This document shows, piece by piece, positions 61,124 through 64,000 of a stretch of DNA of 64,000 nucleotides. The notes under the pieces were generated by a model. The model saw nothing but the letters and a program-made list of their open reading frames with translations, had not been told where the DNA came from and made no database searches. Each line of letters begins with the position of its first letter. Positions within the stretch are counted from its first letter, which is position 1. This DNA comes from Synergistales bacterium (lineage in GTDB: Bacteria; Synergistota; Synergistia; Synergistales; JAFGMB01). The stretch spans positions 2,048,001 through 2,112,000 of the forward strand of contig OY762654.1 in the NCBI GenBank assembly GCA_963666205.1, written 5' to 3'. Made by a program: the position numbers and the translations under genes.

Positions 61124-61573
61124 TTATTTCCTTTCATACATTTTTTTGATGATCTTTTTTCCTGAAGCTGTTTTGAAGTATTTGTCTGCAAAATCCATGG
61201 CAGTATTTTTATCCAAATCCTTTTCTGGTGCATTGACGAGGAAGTCCGCTTCCACAAGTACCTGGAAATCAATGCCATCAATATACTCAAAACTGTGATG
61301 ATGGCCGATGATGAAACACACTCTTTCTATTATGTCTTCATTTATCTGCAGTTTCTCCAGAATACCCCTGGCTACAGGAGGACCTTCGCTTTCCTGGCAT
61401 TTCCAGGCGGAGGTATTGAATTTTCGTTCGCATTCTTTTATGCCAATGTCGTGGAGTATTGCTGTAATGGCGATTATTTTCCGGGTTTCGGGATCGAGGG
61501 ACTCCAGTTCGGATATGGCACTGGCGTAACCGTACACCTTTACTGCATGGTCTATTCTCTTCGGAAAACGGGG
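61124..61573 (-). pseudogene. HD-domain phosphohydrolase, 5'-truncated
   Basis: AILHDIG, IGHHH, EADFLVN motifs. The frame extends upstream through KRIDHAVKV to an in-frame TGA at 61576-61574 inside the repeat, with no start codon before the first conserved His. Confidence 0.75.
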
Positions 61574-61608
61574 TCAGGCCTTGCGTGTACGGTTTTGCAC
61601 AACAAAAT
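61570..61608 (+). repeat. GGGGTCAG-family element, copy F
   Basis: GGGGTCAGGCCTTG (13/14 identical to copy A core); CGGTTTTGCAC also present on the minus strand at 58152-58162. Confidence 0.8.
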
Positions 61609-61976
61609 AACACCTCGATATTTAACTAAAACTTTTAAAATAATGTCTTCTGCAAGGGTGGGACGAATGGAGATCAAGCACTATTTTCGATAGATTCCCA
61701 GGGCAGGGTAAATTGTTATCACTGGGAGATCCCCATTTCCTGAACCCGTTTATGATTTTTTAAGTAGACCTGGAGAAAGAATGAACAGTCCTTATCAGAG
61801 AAGAAGATATCCTCCCGATGATCGTCCCTGGATGTTATCTGATGCAGATCACCTGGAACTGAGGCCCCTGATCAAGATCACCCCCATTGTTGTTGCCCTT
61901 CAGGTCCAGTTGAAGTCCAGCGGGTGGATCTTTAAGCTGTTTTCGCATCCATTGACCAGTTCTGGGCCGTTAAACA

Positions 61977-63476
61977 TTATTCCACAACAAATGATCCCAT
62001 CATTCCCATATCATCGTGTTCGAGAATGTGGCAATGATAGACAAACTTGCCCTTTTTCTGGAACTGGACCAGAACCTTTACTGTTTCATAGGGATATACG
62101 AGTACTGTATCTTTCCAGCCTCTTTCGTTGACCGGCGGAGCAGCTCCGTCCCTTTCGATGACCCTGAACTGTACTCCATGAATATGGAAAGGATGAACCA
62201 TAGCCCTGGCCATGGGCATTCCTCTTCCTCTCATTCTCCCCATGCCTCTCATCATGTTGCCTCCCATTGGACCACCCTGGAACATCTCGTTTCTTATCTC
62301 CCAGACCTCGGTATCGTTGAGCTTCACCATTTCGTCGATACGATCCAGGTTAAATTGTCTTCCGTTAATGCTTACCATGGGACCCATTCCCGAAAGGACA
62401 AAGGTTCGGTTCCTTACAACCCGAGAGGTATCAACGCGTTCTATTTGTGTAAGGTTTCTAGGTATGAAGCTTTGTTTTGCCCCTTCTGTATTCTTTACAA
62501 GGCAGGTGAGGATCTCAAATTCCCGGGACCTCAAAACAGCCCTGTCTCCATACTGGCTGCTGGAAAAATCTACAAGGATTTCTGCCCTTTCTCCGGGGGC
62601 CAGGGTTAAAACCCTTGTCTGAACAGGGCTGGACAGAAGTCCTCCATCGGAGGCAATCTGCCAGAATGTCCGGTTGTTCTCGAAGAAAAGGTCAAAAATT
62701 CTTGCGTTGGATCCGTTGATAAGCCTGAAACGTACCATTTCCCTATCAACTTCGAGATAGGGATTATAGGTGCCATTCACAACAGGCACATCACCCATCA
62801 TTCCGTGCATTGTGTCCATCATATGGGTCAGATATACCAGTTCGCCATTTCTCGAGAAACGTTTGTCCTGGATTACCAGTGGTATATCGTTTTTTCCGTA
62901 ATTATCTGGTAAATCGAGGTTCCTGGATATGTCATCCTCTACAATGAGTACCCCTGCGAGACCCATATATACCTGCTTTCCTGTCCGGCCGTGAGGATGA
63001 GGATGGTACCAGAGTGTGGCTGCCGGCTGATCGACGGGAAAAGAGACCTCCCATGTTTCACCTGGTGCGAAAGTATAGTGGGGACCTCCGTCCTTTTGTC
63101 CCTCCACTTTCATTCCGTGCCAGTGGAGAGTTGTGTCTTCATCTAGTTCGTTGATAACCTTTGCATGAAGGGTCTGTCCTCTTTCAACCTTTATTGCAGG
63201 TCCCAGGTAGGATCCGTTGTAACCAAGGGTGTGAGTGAAGTTTTGCGTACCAAAAAAGGAAGTTTTTCCTTCCACGGCCCTGAGAGTAATATCCATTGCG
63301 CTGTTTTCTGGATTTTCGTCTTTCAGCAAAGGGGGGATCTTCAGGGCATTTTTTTCGCTGATAAAGGAAGAAGCATCCTGGGCAAAGGCAGCTATTACAT
63401 TAAGAGTGGGGGTCGGGGCTATCAACGTAATTATTGCTGCCAGCGAAACAACAAACAGTTTTTTTCGCAATATCAT
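61977..63476 (-). CDS. multicopper oxidase (CueO-like)
   Basis: LHWHG, WYHPH, HPFHIHG, YHCHILEHDD copper motifs; Met/Gly-rich insert. Confidence 0.93.
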   Translation of the reverse strand: MILRKKLFVVSLAAIITLIAPTPTLNVIAAFAQDASSFISEKNALKIPPLLKDENPENSAMDITLRAVEGKTSFFGTQNFTHTLGYNGSYLGPAIKVERGQTLHAKVINELDEDTTLHWHGMKVEGQKDGGPHYTFAPGETWEVSFPVDQPAATLWYHPHPHGRTGKQVYMGLAGVLIVEDDISRNLDLPDNYGKNDIPLVIQDKRFSRNGELVYLTHMMDTMHGMMGDVPVVNGTYNPYLEVDREMVRFRLINGSNARIFDLFFENNRTFWQIASDGGLLSSPVQTRVLTLAPGERAEILVDFSSSQYGDRAVLRSREFEILTCLVKNTEGAKQSFIPRNLTQIERVDTSRVVRNRTFVLSGMGPMVSINGRQFNLDRIDEMVKLNDTEVWEIRNEMFQGGPMGGNMMRGMGRMRGRGMPMARAMVHPFHIHGVQFRVIERDGAAPPVNERGWKDTVLVYPYETVKVLVQFQKKGKFVYHCHILEHDDMGMMGSFVVE

Positions 63477-63908
63477 TAAAAAACACCTCCAGTCAATTAC
63501 CTGAAAGATGGATGGGATGTTCGTCTTTTAAAAGTTCACGCTATAGAGAGCAGTCAGAATTTCTGGTTCGGGAAGATCTTATGCCTTTCAGGCTTTCACT
63601 ATAATGCCGATTTACCGAGGTCAACTGTTATTATAATACGAGCAGTCAGAATATGTTCCACAGTCCGGGTTGTTTTATTTCAAAGGACACAGAAGACCAG
63701 GGTCTGCTACTGAAATCTAAATGGTTTCCCCTGAGACATTTCAAATATATATTTCAGCCGCCCGTAAATTTCCGGTAGGCTTTTTGATACTCAGGGTTAC
63801 AGGAAAATTTGACTATTTCCCAACCAGAATTTATATTTGTGTCAAGTCTATATAATAACTCTCTAAACAGGCGAAGCAAGAAACCAATAGAAGCAGGGAG
63901 GTTAGAGA

Positions 63909-64000
63909 ATGGATCAACTTATTGTAAAACTTCAGGAATGGATGGCTTTCTACGGATTGAAAGTCATTGCGGCCCTGGCGATCCTCCTTTTTGGACGCCT
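63909..64000 (+). CDS. probable MscS mechanosensitive channel, N-terminus (runs off window)
   Basis: GGAGG RBS; MDQLIVKLQEWMAFYGLKVIAALAILLFGR resembles the MscS TM1 region. Confidence 0.6.
   Translation, partial: MDQLIVKLQEWMAFYGLKVIAALAILLFGR

Noticed and set aside
44000-62000. CRISPR array or integron attC array as explanation for the repeats
   Set aside because: Repeats are kilobases apart and in mixed orientation, there are no cas or intI genes, and I found no RYYYAAC...GTTRRRY attC-like palindromes after genes.
1-64000. tRNA or rRNA genes
   Set aside because: No cloverleaf or rRNA-like conserved sequence recognised by eye; a tRNAscan-SE/Infernal run would be needed to exclude them formally.

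Overview
Chromosomal window from an anaerobic diderm bacterium. It is probably Synergistota; this is an inference from the outer-membrane TonB/OmpA/ArnT genes, orphan prepilin-like genes and amino-acid fermentation genes. The left and middle parts carry: a GntR/CoA-transferase pair; a nucleoside-scavenging operon (e(P4) phosphatase, BMP-type ABC transporter, pdp, deoC); a frameshifted D-aminoacylase; a cobalamin-riboswitch-controlled btuBFCD with its own exbB-exbD-tonB; an unusually expanded c-di-GMP-I riboswitch; a pseudo-phosphoesterase/GT4 fusion; an arnT-GT2-gtrA-two-component operon with a PmrA-type box; and an HcpR-controlled hcp-rubredoxin operon (the rubredoxin is missing from the ORF track). 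The right third (about 44-62 kb) is a patchwork of accessory genes punctuated by a family of short non-coding elements. These include a perfect 34-bp inverted pair 7.4 kb apart, two homologous composite elements in direct orientation around a stand-alone A-T-TE NRPS-like gene, a symporter and a GT2 gene, and a direct pair around an HD-domain gene that is cut exactly at the element. No transposase, integrase, CRISPR array, rRNA or tRNA was recognised. The repeat family is the best candidate for an undescribed gene-capture or mobility system acting in trans.
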